DNA of 64,000 nucleotides. Origin: Octopus bimaculoides (Eukaryota). Where the stretch lies: assembly GCF_001194135.2 (NCBI RefSeq), contig NC_068984.1, forward strand, positions 90,116,329 to 90,180,328. The letters run 5' to 3'. Of this stretch, positions 26,855 through 39,371 are shown one piece after another. A program made the translations under genes and the position numbers. The notes under the pieces are model-generated. The model was given only the letters and a program-made list of their open reading frames with translations, made no database searches and was not told the origin of the DNA. Numbering within the stretch: position 1 is the first letter of the stretch; the number at the start of each line of letters is the position of its first letter.

Positions 26855-28810
26855 CTAGCCTAAGTACGCGGCGTTGCTCGGAAGTTTTGTGAATGTTAAG
26901 GGAAATAAATATATTTATTCTGATAAAAAAGATATTTTCCGAAAAATTCTATCAGATGACCTGAGTATAAACAAGATTATTAAAACAAATCCTGAAATCA
27001 ATCACAGTTTAATTTTGTAAAATGTCTAAATATACAATGTTTTCAATGTATCCTTTAATTGGTGTAGAAAGAAAAGGAGTTTTGGGACTTACAACTCGCG
27101 AACATCCTACATACGATTGCCCTTGAGAGAAGCAAGGAGAAGCAAGGGTAAGTCCAACAACGTTGAGAGATTATGCTTCAGATTTGTTTATGAACATAGC
27201 AAAACTTAGTTTCACTGGGAACTGGAGCTGTTTAAATTCATAGGTGAGGTCAGATGGGATTAATGGGATAGATGGAATGAAAACATCGTCACCCTTATAT
27301 TTCCCAAGAGAAATGAATTTTGGCGGTAAGGACAAAACCTCTTGTTTTATTATCACAATTAAAAGGTGTTTATCTTTGCTTCAAAAAAAGAAGTGGAGTC
27401 GTAGACGTATGACGTAGAATTATTCAATATCGTGTTTGTTTCGATCAGAATCGTTTACCTTTAAAGAGAAAAACAAAACTGACGTATACGACAGGCATGT
27501 AAAACATATTTCTGTTTTTGAATAGAGGCTAAATATTTAGTGACACCCCACCCCTAGAACCTACCCGGGTAATGAAGAACCTTCATATCAAATTTGGTAC
27601 AAATTAATCCAGCGGTTTGGCCGTGCAGAACAATATATGTATGGCCATGTATGGCCAAGTATGGCTAGCAAGAAATTGTAGATTCGATTTTGAATCTGAG
27701 GTAGGACCAATATCCAAGTAGAAATAGTCACATCGGATTTAAATATAAAATATCGAGTGTACTCTAGCTAATTCTATTAAGTCCATTCCACGAACAGTTA
27801 TTTGAATAACTCATATTGATATCTCTAACTTATGTCACGGAAATATTGAACCTTAAAATTTATAAAGTTTATCGTTTAAGTTGAAAGATATCCTACAGTG
27901 TATAGGCGTGTGTCCGTATGAAGACCTTTCGTTATTTAGAAACTTTATTGTTTCTATTTATTTAAACGCCTTGTTTCATTATCACAATTAAAAAGCATTT
28001 CAGAATGGTCTACCTATAAAGCGAGAAACCAAAACCGACGTAATTTCCAGACAGCCAAATTTGGTACAGATTGATCCAGCGGTTTGGCCGTGCATAGAGG
28101 AAACACACACACAGTAAGAATAAAAGTGAAACTACAGTGTTAGGAAAAGTGAAACTACTATACCGCTGCCAAAAAAATCGGAAGGGTCGTATAGGGGGGC
28201 TACGAACAATTATTTGAATAACTCATGTCGATATCTCTTATAACTTATGTCACGAATATTGAACTTCAAAAGTTTATTAACTTTATCGTATAAATTGGAA
28301 GATATCCTACAGTGTATAAGCGTGTGTCCGTATGAAGACCTTCCGTTATTTACAAACTTTACTGTTTCTTTTTCTTTAAACGTTTTGTTTCATTATCACA
28401 GTTAAAAAAACGTTTCACAATCGTTTACCTTTAAAGCGAAAAAACAAAACCAATGTTTTTTCCAGACAGCCAAATTTGGTCCAGATTGATGCAGCGGTTT
28501 GGCCGTGCATAGAGGAAACACACACACATGACAGACAGACAGTAAGAATAAAAGTGAAACAATAAAGTGAAACTATAGCGTTATGAAAAGTGAAGCTATT
28601 ATACCGCTGAAAAAAATCTGAAGGGTCGTATAGGGGTGTTACAGCCCCCTATATAAGCAAGGACCAAAATTTGACCACCCCTACAACCTTCCTCGAGTAA
28701 GATAAAAACCTTCATGCCAAATTTGGTATGATAACGCCGTAAAAAAATTGTAGGAACATCATACATACATATGTTTATATATAAGTATACATACACACGC
28801 ACTCGCACAC
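26855..28810 (-). mobile_element. Helitron-derived non-autonomous composite with helicase remnant and internal tandem duplications
   Basis: 27171-27356 encodes DVFIPSIPLIPSDLTYEFKQLQFPVKLSFAMFINKS (PIF1-type Helitron helicase C-terminus). The 3' end CTAG at 26855 is followed by T and preceded by a GC-rich subterminal segment. Blocks such as ccaaatttggt...cagcggtttggccgtgca recur at about 27590, 28055 and 28470. Confidence 0.82.
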
Positions 28811-29672
28811 AAACACACAGTTTCGGCCGAAACGCTATCATCATACGGATGACGGTGAGCAATCTGATATGAAACTTCGCAGTTGCTGTCTCTTTTATAA
28901 TAAGCGAAAAAATGTTCGATTTCCATCAGCGAGAACTTTTATGTTTCAAATGTATTAAAGCACTTCGTAACTGTTTTTTTATACTTTTGTATGTGAGCGT
29001 GTCTATGTTCATTTATATGTCTATTTTATTTTCTATGTCTAGTGTATTGCATGCGTTTAACATTATAGTTTGAACATCTCTACCTTTTCTATTTCTCAAT
29101 ATGTCTGACAAATATGAAAAAACTTTTACTCTATTAGATTCTATTAGGTAAGTTTGTCAGATTTTGTAATATTCAGAATGATTTTCGTTGAATAAAGTAT
29201 GTCTTTCAGAAATCCTCCAGTAACATCAGGCACTATAAACAAGAGTTGAGTAGCGCTTTCAATTTTAACTAAATGTATTGAACATGAATGAATTATTCAT
29301 CAAATCACGATAACGTTCAATTCCATTCTTAATAAATGGATATTAGTTCCAATATATAAAATTATTACAAACATGTATGTTCAATAATGGAATCTCATAA
29401 AAGAAACTTCACCTAATATATATAACATTTGCAAACAAGTTGCATACGTCCATGTTGTTTCATTACAGCTACATATTCGCTAGTTGTGTATATTCCCATG
29501 TTTGTGTAATTGACACAAGGGTTATATACTTTTACAGTTGTTTACTGTATTTGTTATTCGATGAAAAGAAGATATTTTCAAACAAATGGAGTCGCAAGTA
29601 GAATTATATTAATCTTCTCATAAGTCGCTTTATTTCTCAGTAAACGTGTTTGTAGATGTGTGTATAATGTTC

Positions 29673-29730
<58 letters not shown>

Positions 29731-30435
29731 NNNNNNNNNNNNNNNNNNNNNNNNNNNNNNNNNNNNNNNNNNNNNNNNNNNNNNNNNNNNNNNNNNNNNN
29801 NNNNNNNNNNNNNNNNNNNNNNNNNNNNNNNNNNNNNNNNNNNNNNNNNNNNNNNNNNNNNNNNNNNNNNNNNNNNNNNNNNNNNNNNNNNNNNNNNNNN
29901 NNNNNNNNNNNNNNNNNNNNNNNNNNNNNNNNNNNNNNNNNNNNNNNNNNNNNNNNNNNNNNNNNNNNNNNNNNNNNNNNNNNNNNNNNNNNNNNNNNNN
30001 NNNNNNNNNNNNNNNNNNNNNNNNNNNNNNNNNNNNNNNNNNNNNNNNNNNNNNNNNNNNNNNNNNNNNNNNNNNNNNNNNNNNNNNNNNNNNNNNNNNN
30101 NNNNNNNNNNNNNNNNNNNNNNNNNNNNNNNNNNNNNNNNNNNNNNNNNNNNNNNNNNNNNNNNNNNNNNNNNNNNNNNNNNNNNNNNNNNNNNNNNNNN
30201 NNNNNNNNNNNNNNNNNNNNNNNNNNNNNNNNNNNNNNNNNNNNNNNNNNNNNNNNNNNNNNNNNNNNNNNNNNNNNNNNNNNNNNNNNNNNNNNNNNNN
30301 NNNNNNNNNNNNNNNNNNNNNNNNNNNNNNNNNNNNNNNNNNNNNNNNNNNNNNNNNNNNNNNNNNNNNNNNNNNNNNNNNNNNNNNNNNNNNNNNNNNN
30401 NNNNNNNNNNNNNNNNNNATATATATATATATATA

Positions 30436-30975
30436 CGAGGGACGGTTTAAAAGTTCAGAGGCTGACTAAGATACTCTCATGGAATGTGAATAAATGAGGT
30501 CTATTTTTCAAAATAGTCCCCCTTGCCGTCCGCATTACATCCTCCACCAGAGTTGCAGTATTTTGATGCCAGTGGGGGGGAAGCTTTCATCCTGTTGTTT
30601 CCATAAGTCATCAACAGCAGATATGACATCACCATCGTTGCGAAACTGGTTTCCAGCCATGTGTTTTCTCATGTTAGGGAAGAAATGACCGCCAGATGGG
30701 GCCACATCAGGAGTATAGGAAGAGCAATCAGCCAGTTCAAAGCTGCAGTAACGCACAGCAGCTGCTGAAACTAAGGACTTGTGTGCTAGAGTATTGTCCT
30801 GATGAACAAGATTCTTTACATCAGCTTTTCTGAGAAACGGGGTAGGGCTTGATAACCTTATGTAACTACCCCAACAAGTTGGCAGAGTTCTTTCCATTGA
30901 CGGTGTGGAACGTTTGAATAAGCGCAATGCTTTTTGCATCCCAAAACACTGAGGCCATCAGCTTCCCTGCAAATA
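30436..30975 (-). mobile_element. mariner 3' half (same family as 6788-7967)
   Basis: ta|cgagggacggtttaaaagttcagaggctg matches the TIR of 6788-7967. The minus strand encodes AGKLMASVFWDAK and YTPDVAPSG..FFPNMRK. Confidence 0.88.
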
Positions 30976-31384
30976 AAACTAGTATTCGCTGTGTTGATAT
31001 TTGTGTATGACTTCAATAACTGCGGGTGGGGTTGTCTTTACTTATTCTAGAACAGTTTTTTTTTTTTCCGAATGTCATTGTATATTACTTTTGCGCAGCG
31101 TCGTGTGGGTTAAGGAGGTAGCACCTTGATGACATTTTTGGGAAGCTGCTAATCACATGTGTGGTGTATTCCACAGAAATATGACATAATCTACATTTTC
31201 GCTTGTATCATTGAGCTCCAAGGGCTTCATTGTCTTTTTTGCTTATTATGTATTCCGTAGCAACCTTGTTTTTAGATTACAAATGCATAGCCTTCAAAGT
31301 TGATGTAATATCACGGTCTCCGGTCCCAAAAAGGCTTCGCTTCATATTGATATAACTGTCTTCTTCAAGTCTTCAGGAAGCATA

Positions 31385-32010
31385 CTCACGCATGTTTTTT
31401 TTTTTTTTTTTTTTTTTTTTGTATTTTGAGTGCTTTACATTCAAGTTTTCTTTGAGGTATGTTATTCCAGCTGTTTTGCAGTCGTATGGGAAGTCATCAA
31501 AAAGAGAGTGCTTCCTCAATAGCTCACTGCCAACACGTAGGATATTGTTCTCTTCACTTTTCATCATTAAATCAATGTATTATTTTTGCTACTGCTGTTT
31601 ATCAAGTGCTATATGAGAGAGACTATACGACAAACGAAGGTTGTCTGCACTGATCTCAAGCCTCTACCTCTACCTTTATCTCTTCTTATATAGAGCATGT
31701 CGATATCACTATTTCTGTAGAGATTTTCAGTTGAGGTCAGGCTGTTGCGTGTTTAAACGACTATGGAATGGATTTCTTCTACAGACCAATCAAGTATCTC
31801 AAATGTTGGAATCAATACTGACCTTCCATACTGCTTTTGAATACACAGAATGTTTTCTTGTAAAATATCAGCCTCTTGTATCAGTTTCCAGCTATTAGGT
31901 CCATTTCAGGTGCCTTCCTATTATGCACAGCTATGGTGAATGTTTTCGGATCAATTGCATGTGTTTTACTGTTGGTGTTGTGACAGTATTTTCTTCTTAC
32001 TTTATTTAGC
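31385..32010 (-). mobile_element. R4/Dong-clade RT C-terminal fragment (decayed)
   Basis: Across frameshifts: TNSKTHAID, DWSVEEIHSI and SDIDMLYIRRDKGRGRGLRSV (compare DRLYLPRxxGGRGL). Confidence 0.6.
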
Positions 32011-32229
32011 TACGATACATTGAAATCCCTCTCTGCGTTCCAGATTTTCAACAAGAATGATTCAAGATCATCTTGAGAGACATATGTATGCATGTATGTA
32101 TGTATGTATGTATGCATGTATGTATGTATGTATGTATGCATGCATGTATGTATGTATGTATGTATGTATGCATGCATGTACGTAGTACTATGTATGTATA
32201 TATAAGCATATGTATATGTATGTATACAC

Positions 32230-33330
32230 ACAAACATCTATTCAAAAGAAGTCAGACTACGAAATCAGTGCGCCAACCAGCCGGCGCAACGTTCCGGCAT
32301 GTGCATGTATGGATGGCCTTGACTTTCACCCAAATACCATTCACAACTATCCGCGGTAGAATGAATGTATGTCTCATGCAATTGTCGCAAAGTGAATAAT
32401 AGAAGATTTGGAAGAGCAACTTTTTTTTTAATGCAGTTTCAAATTGCGAAAAAACTTATACGGAAACATTTCTAAGATAGCAACTGTGCAGGCGTATGGA
32501 AAGAATTGTTTTGTGTTGTAAGCCATGTCAAGTGTGTGGTACCAGCGTTTCAAATTGAGTACAAAGAGAAGATGAATACACGGCAAAATGTGCATTGTGA
32601 TCTGTTAAAACCTTTACGTAACTGTCTTCGATGTTCCCAAGGAAGTTGGCGTCTCTAAAAGTTCATGTCACGATGCATTTAGAAGATGCATGTTGTTGTT
32701 GCTAAATGTTTGAACAAAAAGGGAACTGTATTCCAATCAGAACTGCCTGTGTGCTCATAGGTTGATGAAAACTTTCTTAAAAATATCAGAACAGCTGGAT
32801 AATTGTGTAAATACCATTGCAATGACGAAAGAAAAGGCAGTCATCGTAGTGGGTTGGGGTCATCGTCCCCTCCGCATGTAAGAAAATGATATATGTATGT
32901 GATGCTGATCATATTTTCTGTTTGGAAGGCTGACGTTCATTATGAGTTTATTCACGCGGTCTGACGATTAATAACGAGCTTTACTTGTATGTCCTGTGGT
33001 GTTTGATGAGGCAATGTGATACAAGTACTTTAAAACATTGACACAACCTAATTAACGCGTTTCACGTCAGACCTTATTCATACCTGGCGGTTTCTTCTCA
33101 AAGTTGAAATCCAATCGGGAATTTCTTCCACCTTCCCACTTCGGATTGTTGATGAAAATAAATACGCTACTGGAACGTAATACTCAGTGAGTTTTTAATT
33201 TAGATAAATTGGTAGAAACAGTGAATCAACACCAGAGGAAAATACTTCAATGAAAAATATGTTGTTCATATGTTAATAAAGCAATAACTTTGTTTCGTAA
33301 TAAGTTCAGTTCCCTTTTTTACAGACCTCA
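32230..33330 (+). mobile_element. Highly degenerate mariner
   Basis: Fragments resembling FKLRK..VQAYGKNC..WYQRFK, EVGVSKSSCH, DENFLKNIRTAG and VMLIIF..VHYEF. The end ctttttacagacctcata is TIR-like. Confidence 0.5.
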
Positions 33331-33916
33331 TATAAACATGCATACACACATACAAACATACATGTTATACATTATATNNNNNNNNNNNNNNNNNNNNNNN
33401 NNNNNNNNNNNNNNNNNNNNNNNNNNNNNNNNNNNNNNNNNNNNNNNNNNNNNNNNNNNNNNNNNNNNNNNNNNNNNNNNNNNNNNNNNNNNNNNNNNNN
33501 NNNNNNNNNNNNNNNNNNNNNNNNNNNNNNNNNNNNNNNNNNNNNNNNNNNNNNNNNNNNNNNNNNNNNNNNNNNNNNNNNNNNNNNNNNNNNNNNNNNN
33601 NNNNNNNNNNNNNNNNNNNNNNNNNNNNNNNNNNNNNNNNNNNNNNNNNNNNNNNNNNNNNNNNNNNNNNNNNNNNNNNNNNNNNNNNNNNNNNNNNNNN
33701 NNNNNNNNNNNNNNNNNNNNNNNNNNNNNNNNNNNNNNNNNNNNNNNNNNNNNNNNNNNNNNNNNNNNNNNNNNNNNNNNNNNNNNNNNNATATATATAG
33801 GTAGGTAGGTAGAGAAAGAAAGAAAGAAAGAAAGAAAGCGCAAAGATTATATTTAAGGACACCATAAGAGCAGCAGTATTTAAAAATACTTAACCATACT
33901 GGATGTTTATACTTAC

Positions 33917-34390
33917 CGTTATAGGCTTTCGTAGGGGAGCTCTAATTGCTTGGTGACGATCCAATGCAATAACAATTAACATGTTTGTACTGGCCATCAT
34001 AGAAAAGCTCTGCATAAATTTAACGAGTTTGCACATGAAAGCACCTGCAAACCATTCGCGGTCAACGTATTCCCATACCAACTGTGGTGTGCAAGCAAAG
34101 AAAATGACAGATAAGTCAGCAACTGAAAGGTTAAGAATTAGAATATTGATTCGAGACTTCCATCGACGGTTCATTTTCACCCATATTAACAAAAGAAATC
34201 CCCCAATTATACCTCCGATAATCATTATATAGAGACACGTGAGCCGCACCGTTTTTGAATAAGCTTTATCATGAACACTTTCGGCTGATGAGTTATTAAA
34301 ATTCTGTTGATCATTTTCAGATATACTCATGGTAGTGTAGGATAGAGATGTCCATTTCTTATAGTTCCATGACTCATTTAGTTCAGTCAT
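33917..34390 (-). CDS. Neuropeptide GPCR (vasopressin/GnRH/CCAP-NPS receptor superfamily) coding exon 1 (N-terminus to ICL2, 158 aa)
   Basis: ATG at 34390 (AAGATGA) with an in-frame TGA upstream at 34450-34448. N-glycosylation sequons NES/NNS/NSS; TM2 NLSVAD; PQLVWE; C3.25 in FMCKL; MQSF; DRH. Donor GTAAGT follows codon 158. Confidence 0.95.
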
Positions 34391-34451
34391 CTTGATAATC
34401 GGAAGTAGTTGTATTATTTTGATTGGCAGTGTGAAGATTTCGTAGATTCAA

Positions 34452-34480
34452 CTGAAATTAATGAATAAAAAAAAATCATT
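34452..34480 (-). other. Candidate splice acceptor 61 nt upstream of the GPCR ATG (implies a non-coding first exon)
   Basis: Minus strand ...TTTTTTTTATTCATTAATTTCAG|TTG, with the exon starting at 34451. Confidence 0.6.
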
Positions 34481-35655
34481 AGACTTTAATATCAGAAGAA
34501 TTGTATGATGTCCATTCATACTTTCAATTAGCAATAACCACGCCTCAGATTTATTTCATTAATAGATACATTAGTTAGCTTTATCCTACATGCTTCTGTG
34601 AATAGATGTAGAATCATTTCTCTTCTACTGTGGAGATTTTGAATGATAATGAAGCTTTGGATAGAAAAAATTATCATTCATGCAGATTTCTTATATAAGC
34701 GCAACATGTTTTCTCTGCGTTTTATTACGAGCAGTTTAAATAGATATATTGATACATACACTCATAAAAAACACACATGTATATATATGAATGCTCGCAT
34801 ACATTTATGCATTTATCCCAGCATTACTTCGTATACAAATGTAACATTTTCTATTTAGAACTGCCTTTGAGTAAATACAACAGCTCATGAAAACCCCTTA
34901 GTTACAGATATCAAAACTGAGCTATCAATATTAAATATCCTAGGTACTGAAAGTATTTTGAAGAACAACAGCCTAAAAGTCAGTTCTTTATTATTCCCTA
35001 ATTGAAGTTGCGCTAAATATATTGAGAAGATACGGCCCTCAGTGAACCAGTATCCCTTGTTGTAAATAGGTACCAATCATTGTCAGCAAGATACCATTTA
35101 CAAATTTCTTCAACTCTCAATGCCGAGTTTTATTTCCCCGGGCAGCAAGGTGCATGATACAAGTAGCAACAATGCATATTTACTTCACAATTGTCCTTAT
35201 TCTAGAGTTATGTTGAACATGACTGCAATATTATATACATCTACTCTCTATTCCAATTCTGAACAGAAAAGTTGAATCATTTTTTGTTTAAGCATTATAT
35301 ATTATTTGATATTTCTACAAAATATTATCAATGAACTAAAGCCAGTTTTACTAAACTATAAACTTAAAACTACAGAAACAACTAACTTGATGTATATCAT
35401 AATTTTCTAAAGTCAAAATGAAAACTTACGTAAAGCAATGATTTTCTAAACATTTTAAAGTCAAATAAGTCTCAAAGAGCTACACAAGTTTTCTCAAAAA
35501 GACAACACAACGCAACTATTTTATTAGATTCAATTTCAGAAATGCTTTTGAAAGATCCAACAAACATTATAAGGAAAATTCACAATAAGTTCATCGAATA
35601 TTTTCTCTTCTATTACAACAGCATTGATTTTAAAATTATATATACATATATATAT

Positions 35656-35705
<50 letters not shown>

Positions 35706-36261
35706 NNNNNNNNNNNNNNNNNNNNNNNNNNNNNNNNNNNNNNNNNNNNNNNNNNNNNNNNNNNNNNNNNNNNNNNNNNNNNNNNNNNNNNNNNNNNNNN
35801 NNNNNNNNNNNNAACAAAATGTTCAATCTTTAAATTTTTATTTTTTAAAGTTGTTGCTTTACAGAAAAAGATTTAATAAAATGTTGAGTCTTCAAACGAT
35901 AGAAACCAGAATCGAAAAAATAAAAAAAAAATTAATTAAAAAAAATTAAAAGAATGGGATGGATAGGAGTAAGAGCAAAATAGAGAGCCGAGCGAAATGT
36001 AAATATGAAGAAGTTCTTGAATAAATAATGTTAAAAAGATTTTATTATTATTATAATTATTAATTATTATGTTATAGAACTTATATGAAAATAAAGGTTT
36101 TAATACAATGAATATTTTCACATAAAGTATATTCAATTTTAACCAAGTTTAAGAAAGTTAATGGAAATTAAAAATTGAAAAAATCGACATTTCTAATGCG
36201 CAGCGAGGTTACGGAATTATAGTCAAGACCCGTGTGAGCTCGACCAAACATTTTGTTGGGT

Positions 36262-36340
36262 CAAGCAGTAAGCGTGTTTGACCATTATATATTTTTATAT
36301 TAAAGCAATACGACTGCAACGGTTGTAAGTCATGTGAGGT
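36262..36340 (-). promoter_or_regulatory. Candidate GPCR core promoter (M-box-like E-box, TATA, pyrimidine-A start)
   Basis: Minus-strand TATAAAAA at 36299-36292, a T-A step 30 nt downstream at 36269, and AGTCATGTGA at 36328-36337, in a locally CpG-containing non-repeat island. Inference only. Confidence 0.3.
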
Positions 36341-37014
36341 TGCGTGCACAACACCACCATGGCTCTGACTAGCAATACTAAGAAGCCCAGAGACAAACAG
36401 AGTGCAAGATATCCGGCTCAATAGAACAGTGGGTTTTATATAGAAGTTAGCTTCTTCTATAGGAGTGTCCTGACAAAGACCAGGAGACTCTCCTTTTCAG
36501 TGGGATTATTGTACCCCGTCTATTTCTACTTCCCAGCTCATATACATGTATATATATATANNNNNNNNNNNNNNNNNNNNNNNNNNNNNNNNNNNNNNNN
36601 NNNNNNNNNNNNNNNNNNNNNNNNNNNNNNNNNNNNNNNNNNNNNNNNNNNNNNNNNNNNNNNNNNNNNNNNNNNNNNNNNNNNNNNNNNNNNNNNNNNN
36701 NNNNNNNNNNNNNNNNNNNNNNNNNNNNNNNNNNNNNNNNNNNNNNNNNNNNNNNNNNNNNNNNNNNNNNNNNNNNNNNNNNNNNNNNNNNNNNNNNNNN
36801 NNNNNNNNNNNNNNNNNNNNNNNNNNNNNNNNNNNNNNNNNNNNNNNNNNNNNNNNNNNNNNNNNNNNNNNNNNNNNNNNNNNNNNNNNNNNNNNNNNNN
36901 NNNNNNNNNNNNNNNNNNNNNNNNNNNNNNNNNNNNNNNNNNNNNNNNNNNNNNNNNNNNNNNNNNNNNNNNNNNNNNNNNNNNNNNNNNNNNNNNNNNN
37001 NNNNNNNNNNNNNN

Positions 37015-37632
37015 CATCTGTGAATTCCGTAGCACCAGGTTTCATCTCAAATGATGACCTTCGAAAAAAGGTCCAGATCAACTTAAACTGTTTTTTTTCA
37101 GTTCACGACACGTAATCAGTTGTGAGTGCTTTTCATCTTCCATGAGCAAGCAAGGTACAAATTTCATTGGCAATTTTCATTCGCAATTTCTCACTCAAAA
37201 TTCGGTGGGAGGAGATTCAGTACATACCAGTCATATCAACAAGTTCGTTAATTGTTCGGTGACAGTCCACCAAAATCAGTTTATGGATTTTCATGATGTT
37301 TTCATTCGTTCAGGAGGTCGACGGTCGTCCTGAACGAGGTTGGCCTTCAAGCGACAAGTGACAAGTGACCAAAGCGTGGAAGCCACTCCTAAAATTGTGT
37401 TGTGTTCTGCTCATGGCAGCGTACATGTAAGCTATTTGAAGCATGACAACTGCTTTAGCCACCGTTTTCCCCAGGAGAAAAAAGAATTTCACTGAAGCAT
37501 GCCGTTCCTTCGTTTCAACCATCGCAAAAATCGACGAACCAGGGAGAAGCACTGCAAAAGAAAGACGCACCACGTGGAAGTACAACCTCGCCCGATGACA
37601 CTGAGGGTCTTATCTAGTGGTTTCTAGCGGCA
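37015..37632 (-). mobile_element. mariner 5' half (HTH region), decayed
   Basis: MVETKERHASVKFFFLLGKT...EGQPRSGRPSTS. Homologous to 52345-52804. Confidence 0.85.
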
Positions 37633-38343
37633 TGATGTTATCGATGATATATTGAGAGAATTTTCACAATATATAAGAATAAACAGTAATTTATAGTTAT
37701 ATTTATATAAGAAAATGGAGAAAAAATATATAACGGATACTTATTTTATTTGTATCACGATAAAAACATAGCAAACGATTTAATACAAATAAAATCCAAA
37801 GGAACATAAATTAACGGGAAAAAGCATAAAAAGTGCTTACACAGGTTTCAATCTGTGTTCATTAGGCGAACAGTGTTTCAGATCCGCAGGATTCGAACTA
37901 TGTTAAGAGTTCTAGATGTAAAAAAAAAAACACAGTATAAGCAGATATCATCAGGGCTGATTTGTATAAATAGCTAATACTTACATAATTGTTCAAAGGA
38001 ATTAAAACTGGTGGTAAAAAGCGTACTGAATGAGAGAGATGAGGACTGCATATTCATATATACAAGTAATGTAAACATGAAGTTGTTAGAAAAGATGGGG
38101 CGTCAAATGGGGTGTAGTGGGAGATATTAACTTACTAGGGTAAGATATTCTGAAGACGTCAAGCAAATAGAAAGAATTAAAGAGAGGACTGAGGGATAAG
38201 AAAATAAAAATATAGAGAGGAATAAATTTTATTTAGGGGTAAAAATAACGAAATGGGAATAAAACACAGGGATATTATTTAATTAAATGAAACTAGAAAA
38301 GCCATAAGTATTTAGGATATAAGATATAAAAAGTAAAAATTAG

Positions 38344-38494
38344 TTATTTACATTATTTACATTCGACGGATATTTGTCCTCATCTTGTTTGTTGTTAACA
38401 CAACGTTTCGGTTGATATACCCTCCAGCCTTCATCAGATGTCTTGGGGAAATTTCGAACCTGGGTTCTCATTCCTGAGGTATTTTTCGATGTTG

Positions 38495-38575
<81 letters not shown>

Positions 38576-38636
38576 TCAATGCCTGAACTCGAACTCGGAA
38601 TCTTGGGGTTAGTAACCCTCGCTCTTAACCCGTCAT
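38344..38636 (-). mobile_element. tRNA-headed SINE-like element with internal (AAT)n, a hammerhead-bearing tail and a (TGTAAATAA)2 end
   Basis: Minus strand: ggttaagagcgagggttactaaccccaagattccgagttcgagttcagg (tRNA-like; the 5' end is lost in the gap), then (AAT)n, body, hammerhead core and tandem tail. Confidence 0.7.
38397..38442 (-). ncRNA. Minimal type I hammerhead ribozyme (dimer-type stem III)
   Basis: GACAU-CUGAUGA-A-GGCUG[GAGGGUAUAU]CAACC-GAAA-CG-UU-GUGUU. Stem I is 5 bp, stem II is 4/5 paired, stem III AACGUU is palindromic, and the triplet is GUU. Confidence 0.7.
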
Positions 38637-39110
38637 NNNNNNNNNNNNNNNNNNNNNNNNNNNNNNNNNNNNNNNNNNNNNNNNNNNNNNNNNNNNNNNN
38701 NNNNNNNNNNNNNNNNNNNNNNNNNNNNNNNNNNNNNNNNNNNNNNNNNNNNNNNNNNNNNNNNNNNNNNNNNNNNNNNNNNNNNNNNNNNNNATATATA
38801 TATAGTGCAACTAACATTGAAGGAGATATTATAAATTATTGTATCAGAAAATCGTTTCAGTTCAAAAAGGATTTCTTAATGTAACCATTTTATTTATTTT
38901 CAAATTTAACTGCCCTGCAGAGTCTACTGTGCTGCGATATCTTTTAAAGACCCCAATTTACTTGGCTGTAAAGAGAGACCATATTCAGTACAGCTAGCTG
39001 ACTTACATATATTTGACAAATAACTTGTAAGCTTGTACAACGGCTTTTAAATCCTGTAATGCTGAAATGTATATATTTCCCAAGATACACGATGGGATGG
39101 TAATTTTTAA

Positions 39111-39177
<67 letters not shown>

Positions 39178-39295
39178 GATATCAATTCTAAATGACATAT
39201 GAGAATTACTCGGGATTTAAATCAGGATTCAATTAATGAGCTTAAAGTCAGTATATTGATTGCATTTACATAAGTTTCTAGATACACTGTAAGTT

Positions 39296-39371
<76 letters not shown>

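Noticed and set aside
34285-34291. CTGATGA antisense to GPCR exon 1 as a hammerhead core
   Set aside because: No stem II or GAAA follows; it is a chance match in coding sequence.
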